From Amphiscolops sp. MND2022 (taxonomy: Eukaryota), in the NCBI GenBank assembly GCA_964187785.1, contig OZ076413.1, positions 70,308,001-70,372,000 on the forward strand: a DNA stretch of 64,000 bases, read 5' to 3'. The notes beneath the pieces were generated by a model, which ran no database searches, had not been told where the DNA came from, and saw nothing but the letters and a program-made list of their open reading frames with translations. Position 1 is the first letter of the stretch. Each line of letters begins with the position of its first letter. A program made the position numbers and the translations under genes. Below, piece by piece: positions 21,655 through 35,330 of this stretch.

Positions 21655-24650
21655 TGTATTAGGTTTCGGCTTACCCTCAGGCTGGATTGATGGGCCATTT
21701 CGAGTAGGCTTCAGAAGTCTTAAAATAGTACGAGATTCCTTTGGTGGGAACGAGAACTCACTCACTAGCTTGTGCTTTCGAGGGCTGCCATTTGACATTC
21801 GCCGAAGCCAAAGAACACAATAGGCACGCTCTCAGAGATCACACATATCTCTCTCTCTCTCTCTCTCTCTGACCAACAGAAGTAGAAGTCTTGAAGTAGA
21901 AGTTATTCAGAAACTTTCATAACTCAACTTTCAAAAACTTCTACTCCATCACTTTTTGTAGAATGGCCTTCCGAAAATTGTTTTATGAGTGGCCCCTTCC
22001 TGGGTACACCCGTCCAGTGCGCCTGGACTATATAAGATGCTGGTATAACGAAGATAACATCGACGTAGAAATTTTTAGCCGAGACACGTACCACAAAGAA
22101 ACGATTACGGTTTCCAAGAACTTTGAGGTGGACAATTTTATTCGAGTTTTTACTTGACGAAGTCGAAATGAAGTTTCCCGGGAGACGCGGGGATCGCGAA
22201 TACCGAGATCTGGTCAATCTCGTGGAGTACATGAGTGACTTCATACGACCAACGCCATTGTTCGTGTCCTCGGATCGGCCTCACCAGCCACCAAGAATTT
22301 CGTTAATCTTGAAAAAAAATTTAACAAAGTACTCGTGGTTGCGACATGTCGAAGTTAAACGCTGTTCTTAACAAAGCCGATAGATTGAGACTGCGAGTTC
22401 AGGACAAACGGGAAATCAGATGTACTCATCTGGCTGATCTGATTCAGCTTAGGGACGTCCGCGCAGAGCTGGGAATCAGCAGACTGAACATATAGCACGG
22501 CCTCAAATCCCTTTCAGTTAAAGCAGTCCTGAGCACAGTCAATGGCTCCAAAATCTGGCAGCGATGCTGTATGAAACAGCTCGAGCTCGATGTATTAGGT
22601 TTCGGCTAACCCTCAGGCTGGATTGATGGGCCATTTCGAGTAGGCTTCAGAAGTCTTAAAATAGTAAGAGATTCCTTTGGTGGGAACGAGAACTCACTCA
22701 CTAGCTTGTGCTTTCGAGGGCTGCCATTTGACATTCGCCGAAGCCAAAGAACACAATAGGCACGCTCTCAGAGAGCACATATATATCTCTCTCTCTGACC
22801 AACAGAAGTAGAAGTCTTGAAGTAGAAGTTATTCAGAAACTTTCATAACTCAACTTTCAAAAACTTCTACTCCATCACTTTTTGTAGAATGGCCTTCCGA
22901 AAATTGTTTTATGAGTGGCCCCTTTCTGGGTACAACCGTCCAGTGCGCCTGGACTATATAAGATGCTGGTATAACGAAGATAACATCGACGTAGAAATTT
23001 TTAGCCGAGACACGTACCACAAAGAAATGATTACGGTTTCCAAGAACTTTGAGGTGGACAATTTTATTCGAGTTTTTACTTGACGAAGTCAAAAAGAAGT
23101 TTCCCGGGAGACGCGGGGATCGCGAATACCGAGATCTGGTCAATCTCGTGGAGTACATGAGTGACTTCATACGACCAACGCCATTATTCGTGTCCTCGGA
23201 TCGGCCTCACCAGCCACCGAGGATTTCGCTAATCTTGAAAAAAAATTTAACAAAGTACTCGTGGTTGCGACATGTCGAAGTTAAACGCTGTTCTTAACAA
23301 AGCCGATAGATTGAGACTGCGAGTTCAGGACAAACGGGAAATCAGATGTACTCATCTGGCTGATCTGATTCAGCTTAGGGACGTCCGCGCAGAGCTGGGA
23401 ATCAGCAGACTGAACATATAGCACGGCCTCAAATCCCTTTGAGTTAAAGCAGTCCTGAGCACAGTCAATGGCTCCAAAATCTGGCAGCGATGCTGGATGA
23501 AACAGCTCGAGCTCGATGTATTAGGTTTCGGCTTACCCTCAGGCTGGATTGATGGGCCATTTCGAGTAGGCTTCAGAAGTCTTAAAATAGTACGAGATTC
23601 CTTTGGTGGGAACGAGAACTCACTCACTAGCTTGTGCTTTCGAGGGCTGCCATTTGACATTCGCCGAAGCCAAAGAACACAATAGGCACGCTCTCAGAGA
23701 GCACACATCTCTCTCTCTCTCTCTCTCTCTCTGTCTGACCAACAGAAGTAGAAGTCTTGAAGTAGAAGTTATTCAGAAACTTTCATAACTCAACTTTCAA
23801 AAACTTCTACTCCATCACTTTTTGTAGAATGGCCTTCCGAAAATTGTTTTATGAGTGGCCCCTTCCTGGGTACACCCGTCCAGTGCGCCTGGACTATATA
23901 AGACGCTGGTATAACGAAGATAACATCGACGTAGAAATTTTTAGCCGAGACACGTACCACAAAGAAACGATTACGGTTTCCAAGAACTTTGAGGTGGACA
24001 ATTTTATTCGAGTTTTTACTTGACGAAGTCGAAAAGAAGTTTCCCGGGAGACGCGGGGATCGCGAATACCGAGATCTGGTCAATCTCGTGGAGTACATGA
24101 GTGACTTCATACGACCAACGCCATTATTCGTGTCCTCGGATCGGCCTCACCAGCCACCAAGGATTTCGCTAATCTTGAAAAAAATTTAACAAAGTACTCG
24201 TGGTTGCGACATGTCGAAGTTAAACGCTGTTCTTAACAAAGCCGATAGATTGAGACTGCGAGTTCAGGACAAACGGGAAATCAGATGTACTCATCTGGCT
24301 GATCTGATTCAGCTTAGGGACGTCCGCGCAGAGCTGGGAATCAGCAGACTGAACATATAGCACGGCCTCAAATCCCTTTGAGTTAAAGCAGTCCTGAGCA
24401 CAGTCAATGGCTCCAAAATCTGGCAGCGATGCTGGATGAAACAGCTCGAGCTCGATGTATTAGGTTTCGGCTTACCCTCAGGCTGGATTGATGGGCCATT
24501 TCGAGTAGGCTTCAGAAGTCTTAAAATAGTACGAGATTCCTTTGGTGGGAACGAGAACTCACTCACTAGCTTGTGCTTTCGAGGGCTGCCATTTGACATT
24601 CGCCGAAGCCAAAGAACACAATAGGCACGCTCTCAGAGAGCACACATATA

Positions 24651-24681
<31 letters not shown>

Positions 24682-27600
24682 GACCAACAGAAGTAGAAGT
24701 CTTGAAGTAAAAGTTATTCAGAAACTTTCATAACTCAACTTTCAAAAACTTCTACTCCATCACTTTTTGTAGAATGGCCTTCCGAAAATTGTTTTATGAG
24801 TGGCCCCTTCCTGGGTACACCCGTCCAGTGCGCCTGGACTATATAAGATGCTGGTATAACGAAGATAACATCGACGTAGAAATTTTTAGCCGAGACACGT
24901 ACCACAAAGAAACGATTACGGTTTCCAAGAACTTTGAGGTGGACAATTTTATTCGAGTTTTTACTTGACGAAGTCGAAATGAAGTTTCCCGGGAGACGCG
25001 GGGATCGCGAATACCGAGATCTGGTCAATCTCGTGGAGTACATGAGTGACTTCATACGACCAACGCCATTGTTCGTGTCCTCGGATCGGCCTCACCAGCC
25101 ACCAAGAATTTCGTTAATCTTGAAAAAAAATTTAACAAAGTACTCGTGGTTGCGACATGTCGAAGTTGAACGCTGTTCTTAACAAAGCCGATAGATTGAG
25201 ACTGCGAGTTCAGGACAAACGGGAAATCAGATGTACTCATCTGGCTGATCTGATTCAGCTTAGGGACGTCCGCGCAGAGCTGGGAATCAGCAGACTGAAC
25301 ATATAGCACGGCCTCAAATCCCTTTGAGTTAAAGCAGTCCTGAGCACAGTCAATGGCTCCAAAATCTGGCAGCGATGCTGGATGAAACAGCTCGAGCTCG
25401 ATGTATTAGGTTTCGGCTTACCCTCAGGCTGGATTGATAGGCCATTTCGAGTAGGCTTCAGAAGTCTTAAAATAGTACGAGATTCCTTTGGTGGGAACGA
25501 GAACTCACTCACTAGCTTGTGCTTTCGAGGGCTGCCATTTGACATTCGCCGAAGCCAAAGAACACAATAGGCACGCTCTCAGAGATCACACATATCTCTC
25601 TCTCTCTCTCTCTCTGACCAACAGAAGTAGAAGTCTTGAAGTAGACGTTATTCAGAAACTATTCCATAACTCAACTCTTTTCAAAATCTTCTCCATCAAT
25701 TTTTGTAGAATGGCCTTCCGAAAATTGTTTCAAGAGTGACCCCTTCCTGGGTACACCCGTCCAGTGCGTCTGGGCTATATAAGATGCTGGTATAACGAAG
25801 ATAACATCGACGTAGAAATTTTTAGCCGAGACACGTACCACAAAGAAACGATTACGGTTTCCAAGAACTTTGAGGTGGACAATTTTATTCGAGTTTTTAC
25901 TTGACGAAGTCGAAAAGAAGTTTCCCGGGAGACGCGGGGATCGCGAATATCGAGATCTGGTCAATCTCGTGGAGTACATGAGTGACTTCATACGACCAAC
26001 GCCATTATTCGTGTCCTCGGATCGGCCTCACCAGCCACCAAGGATTTCGTTAATCTTGAAAAAAAATTTAACAAAGTACTCGTGGTTGCGACATGTTGAA
26101 GTTAAACGCTGTTCTTAACAAAGCCGATAGATTGAGACTGCGAGTTCAGGACAAACGGGAAATCAGATGTACTCATCTGGCTGATCTGATTCAGCTCAGG
26201 GACGTCCGCGCAGAGCTGGGAATCAGCAGACTGAACATATAGCACGGCCTCAAATCCCTTTGAGTTAAAGCAGTCCTGAGCACAGTCAATGGCTCCAAAA
26301 TCTGGCAGCGATGCTGGATGAAACAGCTCGAGCTCGATGTATTAGGTTTCAGCTTACCCTCGGGCTGGATTGATGGGCCATTTCGAGTAGGCTTCAGATG
26401 TCTTAAAATAGTACGAGATTCCTTTGGTGGGAACGAGAACTCACTCACTAGCTTGTGCTTTCGAGGGCTGCCATTTGACATTCGCCGAAGCCAAAGAACA
26501 CAATAGGCACGCTCTCGGAGATCACACACATATCTCTCTCTCCCTCTGACCAACAGAAGTAGAAGTCTTGAAGTAGAAGTTATTCAGAAACTATTTCATA
26601 ACTCAACTCCTTTCAAAAACTTCCCCATCAATTTTTGTAGAATGGCCTTCCGAAAACTTTTAAGAGTGGCCCCTTCCTGGGTACACCCGTCCAGTGCGTC
26701 TGGACTATATAAGATGCTGGTATAACGAAGATAACATCGACGTAGAAATTTTCAGCCGCGACACGTACTACAAAGAAACTATTACGTTTTCCCCAAGAAC
26801 TCTGACGTGGACAATTTTATTCGAGTTTTTACTTGACGAAGTCGAAAAGAAATTCCCCGGGAGACGCGGGGATCGCGAATACCGAGATCTGGTCAATCTC
26901 GTGGAGTGAATGAGTGTTTTCATACGACCAACGCCATTGTTCGTGTCCTCGTATCGGCCTTACCAGCCACCAAGGATTTCGTTAATCTTGAAAAATTTTT
27001 TTAACAAAGTACTCGTGGTTGCGACATGAAGTTGAACGCTGTTCTTAACAGAGCCGATAGATTGAGACTGAGTTCAGGAAAAACGGGAAATCAGATGTAC
27101 TCATCTGACTGAGCTGATTCAGCTTAGGGACATCCGCGCAGAGCTGGGAATCAGCAGACTGAACATATAGCACGGCCTCAAATGCTTTTGAGTTAAGGCA
27201 GTCCTGAGCACAGTCAATGGCTCCAAAATCTGGCAGCGAGGGTGGATGAAACAACTCGAGGTCGATGTATTGGGTTTCGGCTTACCCTCAGGCTGGATTG
27301 ATGGGCCATTTCGAGTAGGCTTCAGATGTCTTAAAACAGTACGAGATTCCTTTGGTGGGAACGAGAACTCGCTCACTAGCTTGTGCTTTGGAGGGCTGCA
27401 ATTTGACATTCGCCGAAGCCAAAGAACACAATAGGCGCGCTATCTGAGATCACACATCTCTCTCTCTCTCTGACCAACAAAAGTAGAAGTCTTGAAGTAG
27501 AAGTTATTCAGAAAATATTTCATAATTCAACTCCTCTCAAAAACTTCTACTCCATAACTTTTTGTAGAATGGCCTTCCGAAAATTGTTTTATGAGTGGCC

Positions 27601-28382
27601 CCTTCCTGGGTACTCCCGTCCAGTACGTTTGGACTGTATAAGATGCTGGTATAACGAAGATAACATCGACGTAGAAAATTTCAGCCGCGACACGTACCAC
27701 AAAGGAACGATTACGGTTTCCTCAAGAACTTTGACGTGGACAATTTTATTCGAATTTTTACTTGACGAAGTCGAAAATAAGTTCCTCGGGAGACGCGGGG
27801 ATCGCGAATACCGAGATCTGGTCAATCTCGTGGAGTACATGAGTGACTTCATGCGACCAACGCCATTGTTCGTGTCCTCGGATCGACCTCACCAGCCACC
27901 AAGGATTTCGTTATTATTGAAAAAATTTTTTTAAAGTACTCGTGGATGCGACATGTCGAAGTTGAACGCTTTCCTTAACAAAGCCGATAGATTGAGACTG
28001 CGCGTTCAGGACAAACGAGAAATCAGATGCACTCATCTGGCTGAGCTGATTCAGTTTAGGGACATCCGCGCAGAGCTGGGAATCAGCAGACTGAACATAT
28101 AGCACGGCCTCAAATCCCTTTGAGTTAAGGCAGTCCTGAGCACAGTCAATAGCTCCAAAATCTGGCAGCGATGCTAGATGAAACAGCTCGAGCTCTATGT
28201 ATTAGGTTTCAGCTTACCCTCGGGCTGGATTGATGGGCCATTTCGAGTAGGCTTCAGATGTCTTAAAATGGTACGAGACTCCTTTGGTGGGAACGAGAAC
28301 TCACTCACAGGCTTGTGATTTCGAGGGCTGCCATTTGACAATCGCCGAAGCCAAAGAACACAATAGGCACGTCCTCAGAGAT

Positions 28383-28424
<42 letters not shown>

Positions 28425-29335
28425 CAACAGAAGTAGAAGTCTTCAAGTAGAAGTTATTCAGAAACTTTCATAACTCAATTCCTTTCAAAAACTTCATCAA
28501 TTTTTGTAGAATGGCCTTCCGAAAATTGTTTTATGAGTGGCCCCTTCCTAGGTACACCCATCCAGTGCGTCTGGACTATATAAGATGCTGGTATAACGAA
28601 GATAACTCCGACGTAGAAATTTTCAGCCGCGACACGTACCACAAAGAAACGATTACGGTTTCCCCAAGAACTTTGACGTGGACAATTTTATTCGAGTTTT
28701 TACTTGACGAAGTCGAAAAGTTCCCTGGGAGACGCGGGGATCGCGAATACTGAGATCTGGTCAATCTCGTGGAGTACATGAGTGACTTCATGCGACCAAC
28801 GCCATTGTTGGTGTCCTCGGATCGACCTCACCAACCACAAAGGATTTCGTTATTATTGAAAAAAAAATTTAAAGTACTCGTGGTTGCGACATGTCGAAGT
28901 TGAACGCTTTCCTTAACAAAGCCGATAGATTGAGACTGCGCGTTCAGGACAAACGAGAAATCAGATGCACTCATCTGGCTGAGCTGATTCAGTTTAGGGA
29001 CATCCGCGCAGAGCTGGGAATCAGCAGACTGAACATATAGCACGGCCTCAAATCCCTTTGAGTTAAGGCAGTCCTGAACACAGTCAATGGCTCCAAAATC
29101 TGGCAGCGATGCTGGATGAACAACTCGAGCTCTATGTATTAGGTTTCGGCTTACCCTCAGGCTGGATTGATGGGCCATTTCGAGTAAGCTTCAGATGCCT
29201 TAAAATAGTACGAGATTCCTTTGGTGGGAACGAGAACTCACTCACTAGCTTGTGCTTTCGAGGGATGCAATTTGACATTCGCCGAAGCCAAAGAACACAA
29301 TAGGCACGCTCTCAGAGATCACATATCTCTATCTC
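21655..29335. repeat. Tandem array B (~935-bp unit, ~8 copies) with an internal (TC)n tract
   Basis: GTAGAATGGCC at ATG positions 21963, 22889, 23829, 24774, 25710, 26642, 27569, 28511. Additional copies or part-copies at 17769, 19436, 20364. Confidence 0.97.
27569..27934 (+). pseudogene. Most complete copy of the unit-B ORF (unknown ~140-aa protein)
   Basis: MAFRKLFYEWPLPGY...YRDLVNLVEYMSDF is continuous here. It is split by a shared frameshift at ACGGTTTCC in the central copies. Confidence 0.4.
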
Positions 29336-29344
29336 CCGATAAAG

Positions 29345-29920
29345 TGTGCAGTTGATCTTAACAAGGCATCCTCTTTCGCCTGCCCAATGACAAACTGCAG
29401 TAAGGGCAGTTCAAATCTAAGGGCTCGCTCAAATCACACCTAGAGAAACAACAAAAGCGGAACCTTCTCGGGTAGCACCTTTGTTAATACCGCCGAGAAT
29501 GGTGAAGCTTTTGACAATGGAGTCCCTGATGAACCGCATATCAGCTGAGTGCCAATGATCAACCCCAAACATCAGACTTCATCCGAAATAGACGACGGAA
29601 AGCTCCACGGAGCGATCCCACTGGACAAGTCGTAATGAGCAGTTCTCAAGAACCACTGAGGGGAGGCCTGGCCGCCACAGATCCTCAGTGCTCTGAGAAC
29701 CCCAATAACACCGAAAACAACGCCCTGTCGGGCTTGGGCAGCTCTGCATAAATAGTAGATGCCTCAGTTAGTCTTGACATCGCGATGACAGGTAGACCCA
29801 CTCGGAGGGGTAATGAAACTTCCAAAGTGAAGTGTCGTTTCCGCGGCTGTCCTAAAGAGCTCCCAACTCTGAAGGGCATCGTGAACCACGCGTGCATAGA
29901 ATGTCCTATGCTACAAGGGT
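29345..29920 (+). pseudogene. Decayed fragment with two C2H2-like zinc fingers (possible N-terminus of an R2-superfamily non-LTR element)
   Basis: FACPMTNCSK/QFKSKGSLKSHLEK (frameshifted) and VKCRFRGCPKELPTLKGIVNH, separated by a low-complexity linker containing stops. Confidence 0.4.
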
Positions 29921-30479
29921 TATAATAATAGTAAACGCTACAAAGCGGCCTGGTCCCCAGCTAAAGACTGACGCCTTCTAAAGTCTGGTCACGTGCACTT
30001 GCTAAATATTGAAAAGTGTCACTTATAGATACCGGGGGTATCTGACTGATGAGAGTAGGTTAAAACCCTGCTAATAAATGAAACCTGACAAGAACTCACG
30101 TATCTTGAACCAAATTGTTCCGGAAAATGAAATCAAATTTCACTCGTGCACATATTTTTGGAAAGATATTGGCCATTAAAAATAGCTGTTTTTTTGAAAG
30201 TGACTTGTTTTTGTTTACAGGGTGATCGATCGATGATCAGAAGTGCAGGTGACAAAAATACTGGCCAAATCGAAAGTTCCGTGACATGAGTTCCTTTGGG
30301 GCAAGCGAGGCTTCTTATCAGCTGCTTCGTTTCGGCATCCATTGTAGTCATCGATGGTACAAGACAGCTGACTGAATTTGCGTTTCAATGCCAAGAACCC
30401 TTCATGTATCATTAAACACTCTGCATTCCCTGAACACTTTGTGGGGAGGGGGTTAGGGTTAGGGTGTTGGTATATTCAC

Positions 30480-33400
30480 ATGCAGATTCTGGATTTCAGC
30501 AGCAACAATGTTTCCAAACTCATTTGAAATCCCTCCGTGGGTCAAACGGAGAGCCCTAGCTTGCCACGGCGCTCGCTGGCTAATGGGTTTGACGATCTTG
30601 AAACTAGCGAAAGCTACTTCAATCCTTCTCGTTTCCTCCGAATTTATTAACTTACATTACTACTGTTTCCATTGGAAAAGGTCTTGAAAAACTGCGAGAA
30701 AAACAGCTAGACTACATAAACCAGAAGTTTCTCTAGCCAACGAAAATGATCAAACAGTAGAAACCATTCCTGAACCAACCTCGAGCCCCCAACTAGAACT
30801 AACTAGAATTTCGCGCTCCAAAAGAATTGTATTTTTGCTTTTAGCCTAAATGTTGTCACACGTTCAGCCAGCAAACTTCGTTCGCTCAGCGCCATCTTGA
30901 GAAATTTCAGCTCATCAACTTACTCAGTAGGAAAACTGAAAATCCACCTATTTGATAATTCAAAAACTTTTGCACGAAAATCTCGAAATTCATCTCAAAA
31001 TTCAATCAAACAGTTCTCGCCTTTAAGTCAGCGGCATATCATCCTACAGAAGTCTCAATTTACCAATCGGAAGGGAAAGTTCCAAGGCCGTACAGACTTG
31101 CAAAGCTCACAGATCCAAAAATTTACCAAAGAATCATAACACGCAAGAAGCTTCAAATACTTCTAAATCGCCAAATCACAAGCAAAAACAGCCAAATTTA
31201 CTTTTTACTTTGTACAGACTACCGAAGGACCCCAGCAAGAGGGTCAAAATGGTTTTGACCAAAAAGATCTTACATGCAAACCTGTAACGTATTCCAACAT
31301 TTCAAAAATTACTGCAGATGACGCCTTTCCCGAAGTGATGGACTTCCAACCTCCTACCACCAGCAAACATACCAGGAACCCTACAAACGAGCTACTTGAG
31401 GCTCAATACGGAAATACCAGTGCTGAAAAAACGACAACATTGGAACAAAACTGTCCCAGGAAAAAGCTCGGGTGAGAACTATATATTACATAGTTGAACC
31501 AAGGTTCAGGCTCTGTTGCTATTGACACTATTCAACGTATTAGGGTCCTGTGTACCGCACCATCTTTCGAGGGACGTTTTGTTCCTCCTGCAGAACCCAA
31601 TCGTATTCATGAGGTGAGAGAAGCTGCTGTCTCAAAAGAATGCATTGAATCATCATGTGGAAATAACAACAAAGTGAAGAACAAACATCGGCCGAAAATT
31701 TTAATGCCTACTAACTCAGGAGTTCCTCAATTCGAACTGTAAAAGAGGTGGTAAACAAGAGTACTTTTTTAAAACTCGGGATGCTTCGTGAACAAGAAAC
31801 TAGTAATACTGAAACGAGCAACCCAGCAGCAACTTTCTGCGAAAAAGTGAAAGGAAACTTGCGTACTTCCTTTCGAAGAAAAAATATAATCCGCATGAAG
31901 GTTATTCCACCTTTCAGGAAAGAACACTTTCAGTACCCTCAACTTCATAAAGAAATGGAAGATGCTATAAATGAAAGTGCAACCATCTTTTAACCAAAAC
32001 ACAGATGATTACAATCTCCAAATACTAATATCCTCCAACAAGAAGGTAGAAGGCTACAAATCCTGATGGTAACAGCTCCGGGGAGGCTAAAAAGATGTCG
32101 AACGAGCAAAACTCAATGGCAATAAAATGATGGGGGAAAATTGTTTTCCAACAGGCACACAGGTTTGAGATTTTCTCCTGGAGAATACCCAAGAAAGCCA
32201 TGATACACATTACCAATCTACCAATCCTCTGTGAAAAAGATGAGCTAGAAAAATGCTCGATCTTCCGAACCACACATAAGATATACTGCGAAGAGAATCC
32301 GTTCAAACTGAGTCAGGAAAAAGCTATACAGGACGTGCAAGACTTCCAATTACAATCAACTCAAACGAACGCGAGGAACACCTTCTGGAATGGTCAAACT
32401 GGAGAAACCCCGAATCAAGTCTAATAATCTGGAATGAAATCTGGAATCTGGAATGTCGATACCAAAACTACACAAATGCAGAGAATGTGACAATGAAGGA
32501 AGATCATACATCGGCCACGATGAGAAATGGTGCCGAATCAAACAACCTCGGCAAACTCCAATTGCTAATCATCAGGACCCAGAACTCAAACAGTCCCACA
32601 CCGTGCAAGAAGACCCTGCCCAGCAACATAGAGGTACACGTCGCAATGAACACGGAAAACTTGATATCTGAGGAAGAGGTAAAAGATGTCAGTGAAGATG
32701 AAAACCAACGTCTGCCTCAGATGATGATGTGGACACGGAATCCAATCCGGACGGAAATGCAGGTGAGTCAATGCGACTTCAGCAAAAAAGGAAAAAGAGA
32801 TCAAAGACAAGCAATGATTCAATGTCGAGTTCAACAAACCAACCGAAGAAGAAACCTTTGAACGCAGTCTCCAATGGCTAGTCTCTCCTTTTCGAAGTCT
32901 CTAGATGACAGATGGTGTAGGATCATTCGAAAAGTCAAAACGCCTCCAACGGAGCCACAAAGCAATCCTGAGCAACCAAACCCTCAACCACATTCCGTCC
33001 CATTGATACGGCTGAAGCAGTGGTTGAAACAGAAAATAACATTGATATCTCAGTAGAAGATATGAATGTCCGAGAAGAGCACAGAGAAATCATGGAAGGG
33101 GATATTCAAACTTCCTCAGAAGATGATGTATCTCCAGAAAGACCAGAAGCAGAAGTAGAACAAACAAATGAAAGACACCCAATCGCAGGAAACAACCAGC
33201 AAGAAAAAGAAGAAATTAAACACAAGCAAAGATTCTGTTTCGAGCTCCATGAATCAACCGATGAAGAAACCTTTGAACTACAATGGCTAGTCTTACCTTT
33301 TTTGAATCTCTACTTTTTTCTCTCAATGTAAGAGGTCTCAATAATCCTAATCGACTTATTGAGGTATGCAACATAACTAAAAATCATAGTAATAGCGACA

Positions 33401-35330
33401 ATAAGAACAAACATCAAGCGAAGCTTGTGATACCCCTCATCTCAACAATGTCAGAGGCCAAACAAGTAAAGTGAAGGTAAGTAAACACCAGTTCTCGAAC
33501 TCCTGATCAAGAAACTAATAATACTGAAATGACTGAATCTTCTCATGTAAACATCGCATACCCTTTACCTCTTTCAGCGACAAAGTGAAAACACCAGGAA
33601 CTCGCCCAAGGCCTGCTTTTGGTATTCTGAGGATGAAGGTCATCCCTCAATTCAGAAAAGAACTGTTGGAAAAGGATGTAAACGATGCCTATTGTGAAAT
33701 CTGAGAAAAATTCCAGCCAAAGTACTGACATCAGGTTACTGAAGGAGGTCGTCAGCTACAAATTCTAATGGTTACTGCGCCTTTAGCAGCAGATGTAGCA
33801 AATGCAAAATTGACTGAAATAACCATTATGGGAAAAACGGTTTTTCGCACTGGAGATGAATTCTGGCGATTTACCCCATCAGACATCCCTAAAAACATGG
33901 GTTCTTCTCTCCGACGTCCCCGTTTTGCTCCGGGGTGAAGAACTAGTGGACATTATAGAACTACCAATTGACACCGAAATAAACGGAACGATCATGAGAG
34001 AATCAAGAGTTTATGAAACACTCGGACGGGTCCATACAGGGCGTGTCTGCATCCCCATCATTATACAGGATGAAAAGCATGAAGAGGCACAGCGAAAATG
34101 GTCATACTGGAGAAATGACGATGGTCGATTGGAGTGGAACCTTATTCCAATCAACCTTTCCATTCCAAGATAGCATTCTTTTAAAATGAGTTAAGAAAAA
34201 AAATCAATATATTGGACATGACGACCGATGGTGTAAGATTGTGCGAAAGGTCGAAACGCCTCCAGCAGAGTCACAAACCAACCCTGAACTACCCAAACCA
34301 CCACCACCACCCCTCTCATTGTCTTAAACGATAGATGCAGAGGATGAAAGAAGAAAACTTTGAAAACGATATGGAAGCCCAAGAACTAAACGAGAATATG
34401 GACAAAGATATTCAAACTTCCTCCGAAGATGATGCATCCCCAGAAGGACCAGAAGTCGAAGCAGATCACACCAACGAGAATGAAACCCAATGGCGAGAAA
34501 CAACCAACAAAAAAAGAGAAGAAATTAAACACGAGCAAAGATTCTGTATCAAGCTCCAGGATTCGAGCAATAAAAAAACCCTTAAACTCTAACTACAATG
34601 GCTACTCTTTCTTTTTCAGAATCTTTTGACTTCCTTTCACTGAACGTAAGAGGTCTCAATAACCCTAATCGACTTATTGAGGTATGCAACATAACTAAAA
34701 ATCATAGTAAAAGCAAAAAGAGAATATTAGCTCCCCTAGAAACTAAAATAGCTTAACTGAAGGAGGAACAGAGAAAGGATCTTTAAAAAAGGATCTTTTT
34801 CGTACGAGATAGTACCCCCTCAAAGCCCGCGAACCAAACAAAAAAACTTTACATCAAATATTCGTAATCCGACAGAAGCTCTAACTCATCAGAATACTAG
34901 CAGCAACAGTCAAAACTACCGTTTGCAACGCACAAACTGTCTCAGGATCCCAGCAAAAGTGTCAAAGTGGTTAGTTTCGACCAACACGAATTCACATACA
35001 AATTTTCCCCAAAAGTTACAATAACGTATTCCGGCAACCTATTACCAAACAACGCACAATCCACACCGATGCATTGCCCGCAAACTCTTCTACTTGTAAT
35101 AGCTCAAAGTACGACCCAATTGACGACTCTGGACGAAAAACCATATCAATCGACCCACCTCCATTGCAAACATTCCGGAGCTTATTGCTCGTGATGCACA
35201 AACCCAAACCGTGACTAATTAAAACGATCATAGTACACCACAACACGCAAACAGCTCTGGAACAAACAATCATAAACACATAGCCAGAAACCCGCCAGCC
35301 AAAATGTATGCCCAAGAAATCATAAATGTT
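30480..35330 (+). mobile_element. Cluster of decayed L1/Tx1-type LINE 5' portions (ORF1 plus ORF2 stubs), at least 3 copies
   Basis: ORF1-like segments (KVIPPFRKE; CRECDNEG...GHDEKWC knuckle; TWVLLSDVP...HTGRVCIP). APE endonuclease starts SLNVRGLNN follow ATGs at 33283 and 34598. Confidence 0.7.

Larger units (their letters stand above)
17967..21655. repeat. Higher-order 2,593-bp unit (A fragment + A tail + minisatellite + spacer C + B), duplicated
   Basis: Identical B-to-A junction TTGACG|TGATTTGTCAC at 17966/7 and 20559/60. Minisatellite starts at 18639 and 21232 have the same 2,593-bp spacing. Confidence 0.9.

Noticed and set aside
30453-30464. TTAGGGTTAGGG as an interstitial telomere; TTAGGC within the minisatellite
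   Set aside because: Only two copies (or one per unit); expected by chance.
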